NCBI GenBank assembly: GCA_032718475.1
Contig: JAUCBJ010005519.1
Coordinates: 1-62,424 of the forward strand
Reading direction: 5' to 3'
Source: Nemertoderma westbladi
Lineage: Eukaryota; Animalia; Xenacoelomorpha
DNA length: 62,424 nt
The notes under the pieces are model-generated. The model made no database searches. It saw nothing but the letters and a program-made list of their open reading frames with translations, and was not told where the DNA came from. Both the position numbers and the translations under genes were made by a program. Positions 1 to 12,734 of this stretch are shown here, one piece after another; the first letter of the stretch is position 1, and every line of letters begins with the position of its first letter.

Positions 1-266
1 TATTGGGATATATCCAACATCAGATATATGGCATTCAAATTAAAGAACTGTCTCAATAAGTACTCCGATTGATTTACTAGAGTATAATAATTTACCCATC
101 TAAATAAATAAACCAGTTTATATGGCTTCTGTTTGACAAAAAGCCAACATTGTCGTCTATATCTGATCTTTCAAACATAGTTTATATGGCTTCCATCCAG
201 CATTACCATCAAAAAGCCAACCTCTGCCCTCCTGCATCACACATTGACATTGTGGCAGAGCGTAAG

Positions 267-1120
267 ACTGGGATGAAAAATATCGTAAATAATGAATGTT
301 GAAAAATATTGAGTGTTAAAAATATCGAGAGTAAAAGTATTGAGTATTGAAAAATATCGAGTGTTGAAAAACATCGAGAGTAAAAATATCGAGTGTGGAA
401 AAATATCGAGAGTTGTGACGGGATCCGAGTTGGCAAAGGATCCCGACTGGTGTGTGTGTTTCAAGTCGTATGGAAAATACGCGTCGCCGCGTCTGCTTGG
501 CTACTGAAAGGCCGAAGGCCTGTAAAATAACTGAGTTTATAGTTATTCGTAATGTCAGATATATATAACGCACAATCAGTGATACAATAATTAATAGCAG
601 TAATAATGACGGCGACGGTTAAAAACCGTCTGACTTCTACACTCAATGTAGCCAACTGAAGCACAATTAACAGAGTAACGGTTATATATTACATGGGAGA
701 TTACACATTCCTACCTATGCTTGGCCTACCAGTGAATGCGCAATAATTGATGGAAAGCCACCCTATCATTGGTTGATCTACTCCCCGGCCAATCCCTATT
801 TTCCAACTGGCCCTATGCTAGCTTCCCCTTGAGATGAGCTGATGTGCTATGCTGGCATCTCTCTCTAGCTGGCAGTGTATATTGCCTCGATGCCTTTAGT
901 ATGCAATATTATATTGGTAATATTGCATATCTAATCATGATTCGTAAATCATGCCTTTCCCCATTTTCCACTGGGTGGTGCAGCGAATTGGATCCACTAA
1001 CAAGAGTAAAAATATCGAGTGTTGAAAAATATCGAGAGTAAAAATAACGAGTGTTGAAAAATATCGGAGTATTGAAAAATATTGATAGTAAAAATATCGA
1101 GTATTGAAAAATATCGAGAG
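267..1120. repeat. Two clusters (about 267-430 and 990-1120) of a degenerate 15-17 bp repeat AAAAATATCGAGTGTTG; probable non-autonomous DNA transposon remnants
   Basis: Direct repeats are visible and each cluster abuts a GGATCC. The transposon origin is inferred. Confidence 0.5.
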
Positions 1121-2030
1121 TATAATATTGCATTTTGCGTGAGCATTTTATTTAGAATTATGGGACAATATTGCAGTACTAAGCATTAATACACCTTGGG
1201 TACCCATTTACCAGATTTATTATACTAGCTAGTTTTTGCTATTTTTTATATAAATATTATAGAAGAAGTGCTAGCTATCAATTTTGATAAATATTTTTTT
1301 CTCTAGAACACATTTTTTTAGCTCTAGATCACATTTTTAATTTTTTTAAATAGCTAGTATTTTCTACTTATTTTTATAAATGTTATAGAACACGTGTAAG
1401 CTACCAATGTTGATAAATATTTTTGTACTTAACTTAACACTCACGAATGTTTATGTATACATATATATTATCTAATATATATATCTGGTCTGAATGTACA
1501 ATCATTTACTGTAAGTATATAGCTTCGGCACTATAAACTGCTTCAAGGGAATAAAGTAATATTTACGTGTCAACCGTTCTGTTATGTTGTGTTGTTGGCG
1601 AGTAAATGTACGTTTGAGTTATATATATTACAGGTAGGATACTATGTTGGACCTAGTGCGTGGTAAGCGCACAGTTCACTCGTACTGGACGCATCATAGT
1701 ATGGATAGATTATAGTTACTAGTTGGGGAATAATATTGCAGTACTATGGGCGCACACACTCGCACTAAATGAACCGAATCTATTACAGACAGGGCACAGT
1801 CAGCACTAACCGTGTGGAAATCAAGTTGGTGTGATCTCTGGTCATGTATATTCATCAACAAGGTAAAGCAATAATAATAAGTCAGAATCTACTGCTGTAT
1901 ACACAGTACTGCTGTATACTGCTATATCAAGCAAATACTGAATTTGTATACTGAAATACTGTTTTCTGGCACTACCTGACTCTGTGACTACTTACTGTAA
2001 AGTAGCCATACTGCCATATGCCATACCGGT

Positions 2031-4343
2031 ATGGCTGATGATGATCCTGATGAGATTCTCGTGGCCAATGATATTTTAAATTACACATATACTATGTGGG
2101 TGTCTGGTATGCCGGTCACTGAGATAGGTGGACAGGTAGCCGGGTGGCCTAAGTTTACTAAAGCGATATACGGTCGTCAAAGGAAAAGCTTCATAGCTTT
2201 GTATCTGGAAATAGGGATGCACCTAAGTTGGTGCATCGGAAAGAGGCTACTAACCAGTTTTAGGATAATAGTATAAATGACATCATTACGCTGTTCGAGT
2301 ATCGTGGGTTCCAGGAATGTTCACTGAAACCGGTCTTTGTAACCAAGGACCATCGAGGTCTTCCACCACATTCGTTGAATGCCGTTGACATGGTATCATT
2401 GATGAGACAGGTGTCGGACCTGCAGGGGCGTCTTGCGTGTCTGGAACGGGATGCTGTGCGGAAGTCTGATCTGAATCTGGGTTCCAGTCATGGTCAGGCG
2501 GCGGCAGGTCTAACGGTATGCGGACAGGGAGAGGCTATGCAGCCTGCACAGCGAGTGAATATCGCTGGCTCTATTGGGACTATGGGCCAAGGGTCTACTG
2601 GTCAACCCGCTTCACCGGCAGTGCCCGTTTCCAGTCAGCAGGGTCAACCACCTGCTCATAGATCATTCAGGGATGTGGCAGCAGAAGATGGTGACACTGG
2701 TGGCTGGTCAGAGCCTGTGTCATATCGGCGTCAACAACCGGCCAACGTTGGCGGTGGAAGGGCAGGTTCTCAAGGCACTCGAGGAGCGGCCACATGGCGA
2801 TGACCCCCACGTAAGGTGGTTAAAGGGTCGGCGACTGGTGGATTTGCAATGGCAGAGAATCCTTGTAAACTATATTTATCAAACTGCGGTATAAGCGTAA
2901 CTGCGGACGAAGTTACATCTTACATTAAGTCCAAGACCAATATTGACACGACGGTTAAGCTGTTGGAACGTGCAGTGGTGGGTTCCTCTGTGCGTCCACC
3001 GCCATCAGCTGATTTCAGATCATTCCTCATAATTGCGGCATGGTCCAAGTCGGAGAAGCTATTGGAGGGGGACATCTGGCCGATGGGTGCAAGCATTAGA
3101 CCATACTTTGCTCCGCGCAAGGATGGCTACTGGAACTCAGACTCTGCTACAGCAGTGGGGGAAGGGAACGCCATCAACTCCACGCAGCACATAGAGCAGA
3201 CGGACCAGTCGACTGTTGGCTAAGTATATATCCTATTATGTATGTATGTATGTATACATTATTATGTACCGGTACCAAACCAATATATACATATATATTG
3301 TTTTTTTTAAATTATTTTTACAATAAATGATTTTTTTTTTGATTTTTTTAAATATTATATTGTGATAAATATTTTTATAAACAATGGCTACTACACAAAG
3401 TTTAAAGTTAATATCCTATAATTGTAATTCTATACGTGGGTCTTCCCTGCCTATAGTTAAACATCTTTGTCAATCAGAATCAGTAGATATTATTGGTTTA
3501 CAGGAAGTTATGTTACCGAAACAAGAACTCAATTTTCTGACAACAATACACGATGACTATTATGTGTATGGTGTCTCTCCGGTAGATCTGGAAGTTGGTG
3601 TGCTAACTGGGAGGCTTAGCTTTCTTATGGCGTAAATCGTTGGGAAATAATTTTGAGATACTAAAGGAAATATCTAATAATAGGCTGTTAGTAGCTGTTA
3701 TTCGCACACCAGCTTCTGACCCTGATATATATATATATTTAATGTGTATTTGCCATACGAATCCTCTGATAATGAGGAAGAGTTTCTAGACTGTTTAGGG
3801 GAATTATCAACACTGATTGACAGTTTGGATAGCCCGTTAATTGCAGTAATGGGAGATTTTAATGCTGACCCGAGTAAACGTAAATTTGGTGCATATTTAC
3901 AATCATTTGTGACAGAAATAGGTTTAACTTGGACAGATCGTGAGCGGTTACAAAGCGACACTTTTACTTACATCAGTGCCGCACATCATACCACATCATG
4001 GGTAGACCACATTATTTGTACTGGGTCACTTGATTCACGTATATTTACCATGGCTACTATGCCTTCTTTGGTGTGCTATGACCACATGCCGATTTTGTTT
4101 ATTTTCTCATTAATGTCAAATTTATATAACACTGAAGGTTATTTCGGCAGTACTAACTCCGATAGTGTATACGGTACTAGTAATAACTCTACTAATGACT
4201 GTACCGGTATTAACCTGGATTGGCAAAATGCATCCCCTGCAAATAGGGATAGTTATAAAAGCCAATTGGCCAGAGAGTTGGGTAAAATGCTATATTTAAT
4301 ACGCGACATTGAATATGAATATGAACATTATTTAATATATTAA
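2031..4343 (+). mobile_element. Degenerate, 3'-truncated APE-type LINE (RTEX/CR1-group-like): fragmented ORF1 (2031-3223) and frameshifted AP endonuclease (3384-about 4300); RT absent
   Basis: APE motifs LISYNCN, GLQE, NVYLPY, GDFNAD, FTY..SWVDHII and DHMP. ORF1 has an RRM-like segment LYLSNC...SFLI...IWPMG. Confidence 0.85.
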
Positions 4344-4699
4344 ATTCTAGAATGTACATTAATCCGAATTTTATAAATAACCATCTGTGCATGATTGTAC
4401 TGTAATTTAGTAGGCATGATTTTAAAATCATTCCCGGAAAATTTATTAATAAACACTATACCATTCATGTAGGAATATATATATAATCATAATTATGTTA
4501 TGGTTTGGATTATAATTTATAGCTAACATATTGTAAAATATTTTTAAAAAATCGTAAAATACTAGCTAGCAGTAAAAAACTTTATTACTACTATTAATTA
4601 TTACTTACATCTGAAACAAGTGATGTGCCTAATAGAAAGGGATCCGTTTCGCGATTCTCCTGATATGTGTGGGAAACGAGGTTTTCGTAAGAACCAGCA

Positions 4700-5058
4700 A
4701 CTCCAATAGCTATCTCCGACAGTAAAATCTCTTCTATTACAAATTTCGCCCGCATGGAGATGGTCGCAGTGGTCCACCTCCCCGAGTGCCTCTACACGCA
4801 GACTTCCGCTTTTTGTCTAAGCAGCACATATCGTTAAAATAATTTTGGACATCACTCCATGATCTGTCAACAGAGTCCGATTGGCAGTTCAGCCATATAG
4901 CTATCTCATGCCATTTGGCATTCTTTTTTGCATTTATGTCTATCGACTGTGCCTCATTTTGAAAAATTATTTTACTCTCATTGTATTTTTATAACATTGC
5001 GTTCTTCATTGGTCAAGTTCAATTTGCGCTGATGCTTCTCTTTAGGTCCATCAGCCAT
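4700..5058 (-). pseudogene. Myb/SANT-like DNA-binding ORF relic with stops (PIF/Harbinger accessory-gene type)
   Basis: Manual translation from ATG 5058: RKLNLTNEERNVI...KNAKWHEIAIWLN...RSWSDVQNYFNDM, with in-frame stops. Confidence 0.55.
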
Positions 5059-5459
5059 TGTTATGATGATGTTGTGTACTGGTACAGTATAAATGGTTAT
5101 TTAAATTTCACTGATTCTGTTCAAAATGCTTTAATTTTGTAATTTGTGTACAAAGAATCTGTCGCTTAAGTGAGGCAACTATGTTGTGTGTGCTGTACAA
5201 ACAACAAGCTTTCAGATGTCTAATACTGTACAGTAGTTTCACTATAAGCATCAACACATCATAAACATATGGATACAACGTATGATACCCAGTATATTAA
5301 CATAAAAAACACATAATAGCACATTAAACCAAAAAAACTATAGCAAACCCGCCACCAGCTGTTTCCACAGTGTATCCAAGCAACATTTAAAATAATATAG
5401 AAATAAACACAAATAAAAGTATTACAGTAGGCCTACCAGTACAGCCATGGCTCCAATGC

Positions 5460-7100
5460 TGTTCTAAATACTGCTTGGCAGCCCAGCACCATCCTCAAAC
5501 CCCTGCCCACTTCTCCACTTCACCCTTGAGCCCTGTAGACAATGGGAGGCCCTGCGAATTATCCCGAACTGGATGCGAGTTTGGACCCAGCCCATCATGG
5601 TGCTGAAAGGTCGCCCCCAGGAACGGTGCAGCCTATCAGCCAAGATACGGAGGAGGTGTTTCGCCTGCGGAGCGAGTATGCCGTCACAGGACGCAACAAA
5701 TGGAGAGAAGTCGCCCCGTCATGCTGTCACTGCTTCCGCTTACAGCCGCTTCTTTTGGTCTTCGGCTGACTCGAGGACAGACATTGGGGTGCGACCCACA
5801 TAGGACCCGGTGTCAAGGTTGATAACCCGAATGTCTATCAACGCCTGGGTCTGTGGGTTTAGCGCACCCTGTATCCCCACGTCGCACCGAAGACATGCGG
5901 CGCCCTCAACTCCCTGCTGCTCGCGGACAACCGGCTCGCAGACTATGTTACGAGGTCCGAAAGCCATAGCCGCGAGGTCTCCAACCACGTCCCGTAGTTC
6001 ATTATGGCACTGTATAACGAGGCCGCCTTTTTTACAATTTAAACCGTGGTTTAAATTGAAGGCGGCCCTGCACCCGTCGCACCAGCTTGGCACCGCCGCC
6101 AGGGGGCAGCCTGTATCGGATCGCCAGCGCTTCCCGGAACTCCAGGGGGGACAAGTCCATCTGGTGGTTGGCTATGGGCAGGGAGGAGATCCACCCACTC
6201 GAAAGGAAGTCCGCGGTACGTTGTACAGTCCGCCGGTGGTCCGGTGGCAGTTCCTCCAGCACAGCTTCCAAGTTGGATTTCTCCCTCACAAACTGCTGCT
6301 CCCGTCCTTCCTTCCTTGCCCACTGTAGACAACCGAGGTGTTGCGCGTTGGAGAACTCGCAGTGTCCCAAAATGGACTCGGCGAGGGATCTGGTTCCCGC
6401 TCGCAATACGGCGTATGAATGTGGGGCCTCGGTTGCGGGATTCCGCAGTCCCATTCCTACCATCCATGGGGAGAGGGCGAACAGACTGCGTTCGTTGGAG
6501 GAGATTGGGCCACCTAAGACGGCCGGCAGGAATCTCTGTACGATTGCCTCCTCCAGTGGCTGGTACTCGTCACCACAATCAGGGGATACCCGCTGTAGGT
6601 AGGCCCACTCCCTCTAGAGGGAGCAGGCCATGGCGGCGAATGTGGCTTGGGGCTGTGACTCCGCCATCTCAGCGAGACGGTCCACCGAGGCTACCCAGGC
6701 AGCAACCTTGGTGCGAACGAAACCCTTCCTTTCAGGGTCTCCACCATGAAATCCCCCGAGGAATCGATTTCCCATCACAATGTTCACGGAATGGCCTGCG
6801 AACACTCCTTCTGCTTCCTCCATGAATTGGGGAGCTACCACGAGGTAGCTTTTGCTGGGTTCAGGGAAGTATCCGAGGGTTGGGCCGAACCGCTGCAATT
6901 CGAGGAACCACTCAAGGATGAGTTGCAGTTTACCAGCCGCAGACGAGTCATTGGTGAACCAATTCTGGAGTACAGGCGGCTTCCGGAGGCGGTGGATGAG
7001 GGGAGGATACCTGAGGAGTACTCCAGCATCGCGAGGGGGTCCCCTTGAGTGGTTCCCTCCTCGCTGAATAGTATCTCCTCTGTCCCGCAGATGGTTAGGC
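5460..7100 (-). mobile_element. 5'-truncated, frameshifted CRE-clade-like non-LTR retrotransposon (RT C-terminal part, zinc knuckle, restriction-like endonuclease)
   Basis: EEGTTQGDPLAM, GYFPEPSKSYLVV, GMGLRNP, FREALAIRY, CDGC..HGLNC, HNELRD and RCD..IDIRV. The catalytic YADD reads FTND. GC-rich. Confidence 0.85.
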
Positions 7101-7129
7101 TGGATACAATGATGTAATTACTTGACGTC

Positions 7130-7930
7130 AATGTGTTGAAAGTGACGTTGTGGCCATGTGTATTTTGGACACGTGTTTGAGCATGTCAAACACGTGTTTG
7201 AGCACATCAAACCATGACGTGCTACAGTTTACGTCAAATGATGTGTTAGGCACGTCATGAGCACTCATTATAGGCCACTTTTCGAAATGTTTAATCCACG
7301 TTCGGTACCGGTACCAGTTATTGCTGGTTTTGGCAGAACCGGTACTGGCCCAGTAGGCCTAGCAATACAATTATCGGGAAATACCGTGTAACCCACCTCG
7401 GGTATTGCCAGCTAGCGAATAATAAAATCGAATATATATCAAACTGAAGTTATATGTTATCCTAGAGCGATTTCAAAAAAGTTTCAGTCACTTTCAACAG
7501 CTATGCATTTACGTTTTCTGAATCATGCTGTGCTGGGCCATGTTTAGCCAATGTTTGATGCAATTGTGAACGATTTTCACACCGATACAACATTCCTCCT
7601 AATACAGAGGAGATGACAAAACAGATTCAGTTACCAGTTGAGCAAATAAAGTTTCTTTAATTGCAGTTTTCTGAACACCTCCATTGTTTTTTTTTTCGAT
7701 CAAATCCACACCAGCTACGTTTTGAAGCAAGTTCTTCCGTGATTGTCCCCTTTAGAATAGCAGCAGCGGATCCAGTGAAAGTTGAGCCACCAACTAGTTT
7801 CAGTCGATTCATCGTGGCTTTATAAGAAGAATCATTGAGGAGTTTCTTCTTCAAATCCTCCTCGAGTTTAGCAACAGTGGCAACTGGTAGATGTATATAT
7901 TCATTAATATTATTATCAGGAAGCATGACT
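7130..7930 (-). mobile_element. Probable CACTA/EnSpm-type remnant with a DUF4806-like ORF fragment and CACGTG-containing short repeats
   Basis: LKLVGG...ITEELASKRSWCG and a downstream IKHWLKHG fragment. Repeats at 7160-7265. Family assignment is from motif recall. Confidence 0.4.
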
Positions 7931-8052
7931 GATGCTGTATTTATGAGGTTACTAAGCAGATTACTGTGAAACTATGGGGTATTTATGTATTTATAGTATT
8001 TATTGATAGTAACAATGTGTTGGCAAGCTGTGTCTTTCAAGATGTTTGTTAT

Positions 8053-8297
8053 TATACATTTATTGGAAGCAAGGGATCTAGGGGTCTTAACCTCGAATGA
8101 TAAGTTTATTTTACCGAAAATAACTTAGTGTATAAAATTAGGAATCGCGTAATTTTCTTATTGAAATAAATATCTCATATCTCTCCAAATCATGTACGCG
8201 TTTCGACCTTACTGGGTCTCTTCAGCGTGGTGTCGGATTCGAACCTGGGACCTCGAGGTGAAAGCCGAGACAACAACCACTAGGCCACACTGCTTAC
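8053..8297 (-). mobile_element. tRNA-Glu-derived SINE, copy 1, containing a hammerhead ribozyme motif
   Basis: Minus strand: A box TGGCCTAGTGG, anticodon-loop-like CTTTCAC, B box GGTTCGAATCC. Near-identical inverted copy at 8385-8620. Confidence 0.8.
8187..8233 (-). ncRNA. Minimal type I hammerhead ribozyme motif (core intact, helix I mismatched)
   Basis: CCACG-CTGAAGA-GACC-CAGTAA-GGTC-GAAA-CGCGTA-CATGA on the minus strand. Confidence 0.8.
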
Positions 8298-8384
8298 CAA
8301 CTCATTGTTACTATCAACAATAAAAACCAGGGGCTAATAAAATGGCAGCTGGCTTTGAAAGTAATACTCCATATATCAAGACCT

Positions 8385-8620
8385 TGTGGCGTAGTGGTTG
8401 TTTTCTCGGGTTCCACCTCAAGGTCCCAGGTTCACATCCGAAACCACGCAGAAGAGACCCAGTAAGGTCGAAACGCGTACGTGGTTTGGAGAGATATGAG
8501 ATATTAATATCAATAAAAAATTACGCGATTCCTAATTTTATACACTAAGTTATTTTCGGTAAAATAAACTTATCATTTGAGGTTAAGACCCCTCGATCCC
8601 TTGCTTCCTATAAATGTATA
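8385..8620 (+). mobile_element. tRNA-derived SINE, copy 2, head-to-head with copy 1
   Basis: A box TGGCGTAGTGG, degenerate B box GGTTCACATCC. The body is the reverse complement of 8053-8290. Confidence 0.8.
8441..8487 (+). ncRNA. Minimal type I hammerhead ribozyme motif (helix I intact, core CUGA mutated to CAGA)
   Basis: AAACCACG-CAGAAGA-GACC-CAGTAA-GGTC-GAAA-CGCGTA-CGTGGTTT. Confidence 0.75.
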
Positions 8621-8680
8621 TAGTATTTATGGTATTTAGTTTATCCATTAATATTTCATATGGCACTGTCCTACAGTATA

Positions 8681-11600
8681 GTCCGGCAGCCACAATGGTA
8701 TACCGAAAATTTTTGGACGGATTAAATTTTTTTGATGTTTTGAGTTCTATAGGTCCCACTTAATGAGGAAATGGCGATTATAACATTTTTGACTTTGGGC
8801 ATTTTGAAATAACGACCTAGTTGCTAAGGACCACGTAATTCTCATTTAAGGCATAGCAACTGCAAACGGCATGTCATAATGGATTGAAATCTTCTACAAA
8901 GTCAATATAGTTCATTTACGAAATAATGACAGTATTTTTTGTCTGATTTTTAGATCCTGTTGCTATGGAGACGGCATTCAAGTTTAGTGTTACGATTTCA
9001 AACGCCTTTAATTATACAATTAGTTACAAAATATGCACCAAAGTTAGTTAAACTATGTTTATTTTATTAGCGTGGCATTTCTGTAACTTTAGACAAGGTT
9101 AAGAATCTAAATTGGGCTGATATTTATTTCCTAACCTGACATGTTTGAGTGTTAACATAATTATTAAAGATTACAAATTTCAGCGATTATAACATTTAGG
9201 TGATGTTTCTACGGTAACTATATTTGTTATTTCCAGTTTAGCTCCTTTCTACTGTATTGTGCATCTTATTTTATTGTACCCGTATTCATAAATCGATACC
9301 GTAAGGGATAGTACAGATAAAGTGCATAAGTACCTTAGCAAAGTAGATTAGAGTGGATTCTACTGTACAGTATAGTATGTTCCTGTGTTCCAACGTACGA
9401 TATATATAATAATATTTATAATATACCAAATTTTGAGTTGGGCACTACAGTACTTTTTCTCGGGTGACCATTTCGATATGGAGAATTGGGTTTGGAATTC
9501 ATAACTATTGATGATCATTAGTTATGATTATTAGTTAGGCCTATGATTTATCAATGAGTTAGGCATCACATTTAGTGTTTTCTTTATGGAATAGCTAGTG
9601 AGTTTCCAGGTCTCTGCATTTAAATGGGACTTGTTCTATAGAAAATTGATATACTCGTAGTTTCTTATATGGAATGTTTTTTCATTGACATGAAAATGTC
9701 ATTAGCTTGTTCTAGAAAATTGACATAGTTGTAGTTTCTTATACGTGAGTCGAATTGTTCATTTATTTGTCATCGGTATGTTTTTTTAATGTTTTTTTAA
9801 TAATTAAAATGGTACTGTATGTTTGCGTAGTTCTCTAGAAATATAACAGTTGATGATAGCTAATCGAATTAGGAAACCTAGCAATTACTGTAAAAAATTC
9901 TAAAATGACTAGTACGAACATTCCTATGATATTATGGGGGCCACCTGGAAAAAACAGTAACTATTGTATCTGGTAAAAAAAATAGCTAGTAAAATCTCAA
10001 AACTTGATCATAAAAGTCAATAGATAAAATGTAGTTAACGGGCCGGTAACTACATAGTCAACGGGCCGGTACTAGTTAACGGGTCGGGACTAGAGTCATC
10101 CGACTTCCTTACAGGTTGACCTCGGAGTCTACCTAGGTAATGCCAAGCAAACTACAGTATAAACGAATTTAAGTTCCATGAATTGTAAGAAATCCACGCA
10201 TTCACTAGCTATGCTAATTTCCCGACCAAACAGGAATATTGGAATCACATGTGGATGAAGCGGTCATTCTATACTGAGATTGACCAAAAAGGAAATGTCA
10301 AAAGAATGATGACATAGATATCAAGAGTTATATTAGTATTTCAAACCCGGTTTAATGCCTTGCCATTAAAAGTTTTGGCGGGGTCTGCTATTGGTCTACA
10401 TCGAGCTAAATGTATTGACCATGAGTTCCTCAAAGATGTCACTATGTAATTTGGTATTTTCCTGTTCAGTACGGTGGACTTACATTAGGGGGGATGCATA
10501 CATTAATGAGTTTCATTGGATCCATAGGAAGTTTAATGGTTGAAACCGGCCTCTTTGCAGTGTATCGTGTGTATTTTGGCGGTGTTTCGAAGACGTTATC
10601 TGGGAAAAAGTTTCCACAGAACATGCGCGCTATGCGCATTTTCGCAGATAAATATTCTATATTTGTTCTATTATTACATTTTTATCTGAGGGAAAGAACA
10701 GGTATAACCAATTAAATTTTCATAAAATCCCCATTAAAAAACCGTACCGCAGTAATAGACGTGGGCGATACAGTAAAAATGCATCGTGGTATCATAGGAA
10801 ATCTTTTGGGAGGCCATGTATTATCTGGGTGTGAAACGGTTGCGAGTATGTTTGGGATTGGCAAAGCGAAAGTCATCAAGGCTTTGGGGAAAGGAGTCAC
10901 TCTTATTTGTTTGGGAGATATGGAAGCACCGCAATCTACAGTCTTAATGGAATGTACTAACTTTATAACTGACTGGTGTGACTGCTATGGATATGACTCA
11001 GACAACATGATCCAGTCACGACAAAAGGTGTGCACAGAAAAAAACAATTACCAGCTGTGCAAAGCTGCAAACAATACCACCAACCACTGACTCCTTCTCA
11101 GAGAACGTGAAAAGAGTCCATTTGCAAGTAATGGTGTGGAAGAACTCAATGGACTATGGAACTTTTCCCAATATTTTACAGACGATTTAAAATGCCTTGT
11201 AATGGCTCAGTAGAACTCAATAAAATTAATTCAGTATCGTTATACTTGTATGAAAATTAATTTAATTATATTAAAAACATTTAAGGGAAAGGAGCAGGTT
11301 ACAGTGACGGTGTTTTCTAACCAAAACAATAAACTATGCATTATTTCACTTGCGGTCAATTAGCGCTGAAGATCACTATTTTCACTTGCGGTCAAAGTGC
11401 GCCACTATCTGAAACAAGCAGGAAACAAATTATTTATATATACATTTTAAAGTAATAATTTGTTGTCAAGGTTTGAAATGCTTCCGATAAATTACTGTGG
11501 TTTCCATGAAAACAGGTATTTGTTGCTAAACATATTTCTACACAAAATTGATGTGGTGCATATTATTTAAGGAAACATATTTTTAATAAAGTGCACAGAC

Positions 11601-11961
11601 GAAACAAAAAACTCATGAGTGTCAGTAGGCATAGTAGTTTTTCCTTGGAAAGATAGACCGATAGTTGTAGTGCCTTCGTTACCATAGCAACACTTCAATA
11701 GTTTCTCTAAAATTTTCATATTTTCCATCAAAATTACAACCAGTTCAAGCCCACCAGTTAATCGCCATTCTGATTGCTAAGCTTTCAAAGAAATTGCTGT
11801 AGTCCATAGAAACGGGTCATTAATTCAAATTGCCCAAGGTGTCAAAGTCCATAAATCACTTTTTTATGTTAAGAGGGACCCCTAGACACCAAAACATCCA
11901 AAAAATGTAATCCGTCCAAAAATTTTCGGTTGGGCCAAAAAGAGGTACTTGGCTGCCGGAC
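8681..11961 (+). mobile_element. 3.3-kb DNA transposon with imperfect ~85-bp TIRs, flanked by TA, carrying decayed coding fragments
   Basis: Left end GTCCGGCAGCCA...ACCGAAAATTTTTGGACGGATTA matches the reverse complement of 11870-11961. Internal fragments GMHTLMSFIGSIG...LSGKKFPQNMRAMR, HVLSGCETVASMFGIGK and PPTTDSF..VKRVHLQVMVWK. Confidence 0.8.
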
Positions 11962-12580
11962 TAAATGCAATTAAATCAATTAGCACAATAATTAATTAGT
12001 AACGACGCCAGACAATAACATTTCACCAAAGTTCCACTCAACAGTTTCTCCACCGCCGTTCCCCGTTCGTTTCACCGATCACCACGCCTCGTTGGCCCCG
12101 CCCCAATCACTGGCTGCCCTGTGGCGGGAGTGGCAGTGGACGCAACTGCGGCGGAAGGTGTCGTAGCCGCCCACTCGTCACCGGCCCAGTCCTGACCTAA
12201 TCACGCAGTCGGTTGGGTTGGGTCTTCATATCGGCGTGGTTCCCCTCAATCCGGAGCCGTCCCCGAATCCGAGTCAGGCGTTATTCTAGAATATTAATTA
12301 TTATTCAGCTGAGCGTTTAAAACTCTACATAATATTGTTTTTTCATTACCCATAATTAATATTCTAGAATTGAGTAAAAAAAAACATTAGAATTATAGCG
12401 ATTTACGTCACAAAATTTACTTACACCTTAGTATTTTGATAATATTTCCGGAAGTTCTTGGTGAAATTCCCTAAAATCGATCCCCTAAAAATGTTGTATT
12501 AAGGATTATGATGTATTTTCAATCTATATAATGTTGTATAACTATTTGTTTATGATCGGGTCGCAATTGTCCTAACTTCC

Positions 12581-12725
12581 CTTAGATCATCATAATGATT
12601 ATGGGGTGATAGTAACTCCATCTACTGGCTCCAGAAGTCGATGAAATCCTGCCAAGTATCTAACTGATCTAGACTTTGCTGATGACTTAGGAGTACTCTC
12701 AGAATCACTAGAGGGAGCCCATCGG
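12581..12725 (+). mobile_element. Inverted internal fragment of the RTE reverse transcriptase (covers DLDFADD)
   Basis: Reverse complement of about 13503-13648 with a few substitutions. Confidence 0.85.
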
Positions 12726-12734
12726 CAGGCACCT

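Noticed and set aside
8230-8297. Functional tRNA-Glu gene
   Set aside because: No proper acceptor stem, and it continues into a repeated SINE body.
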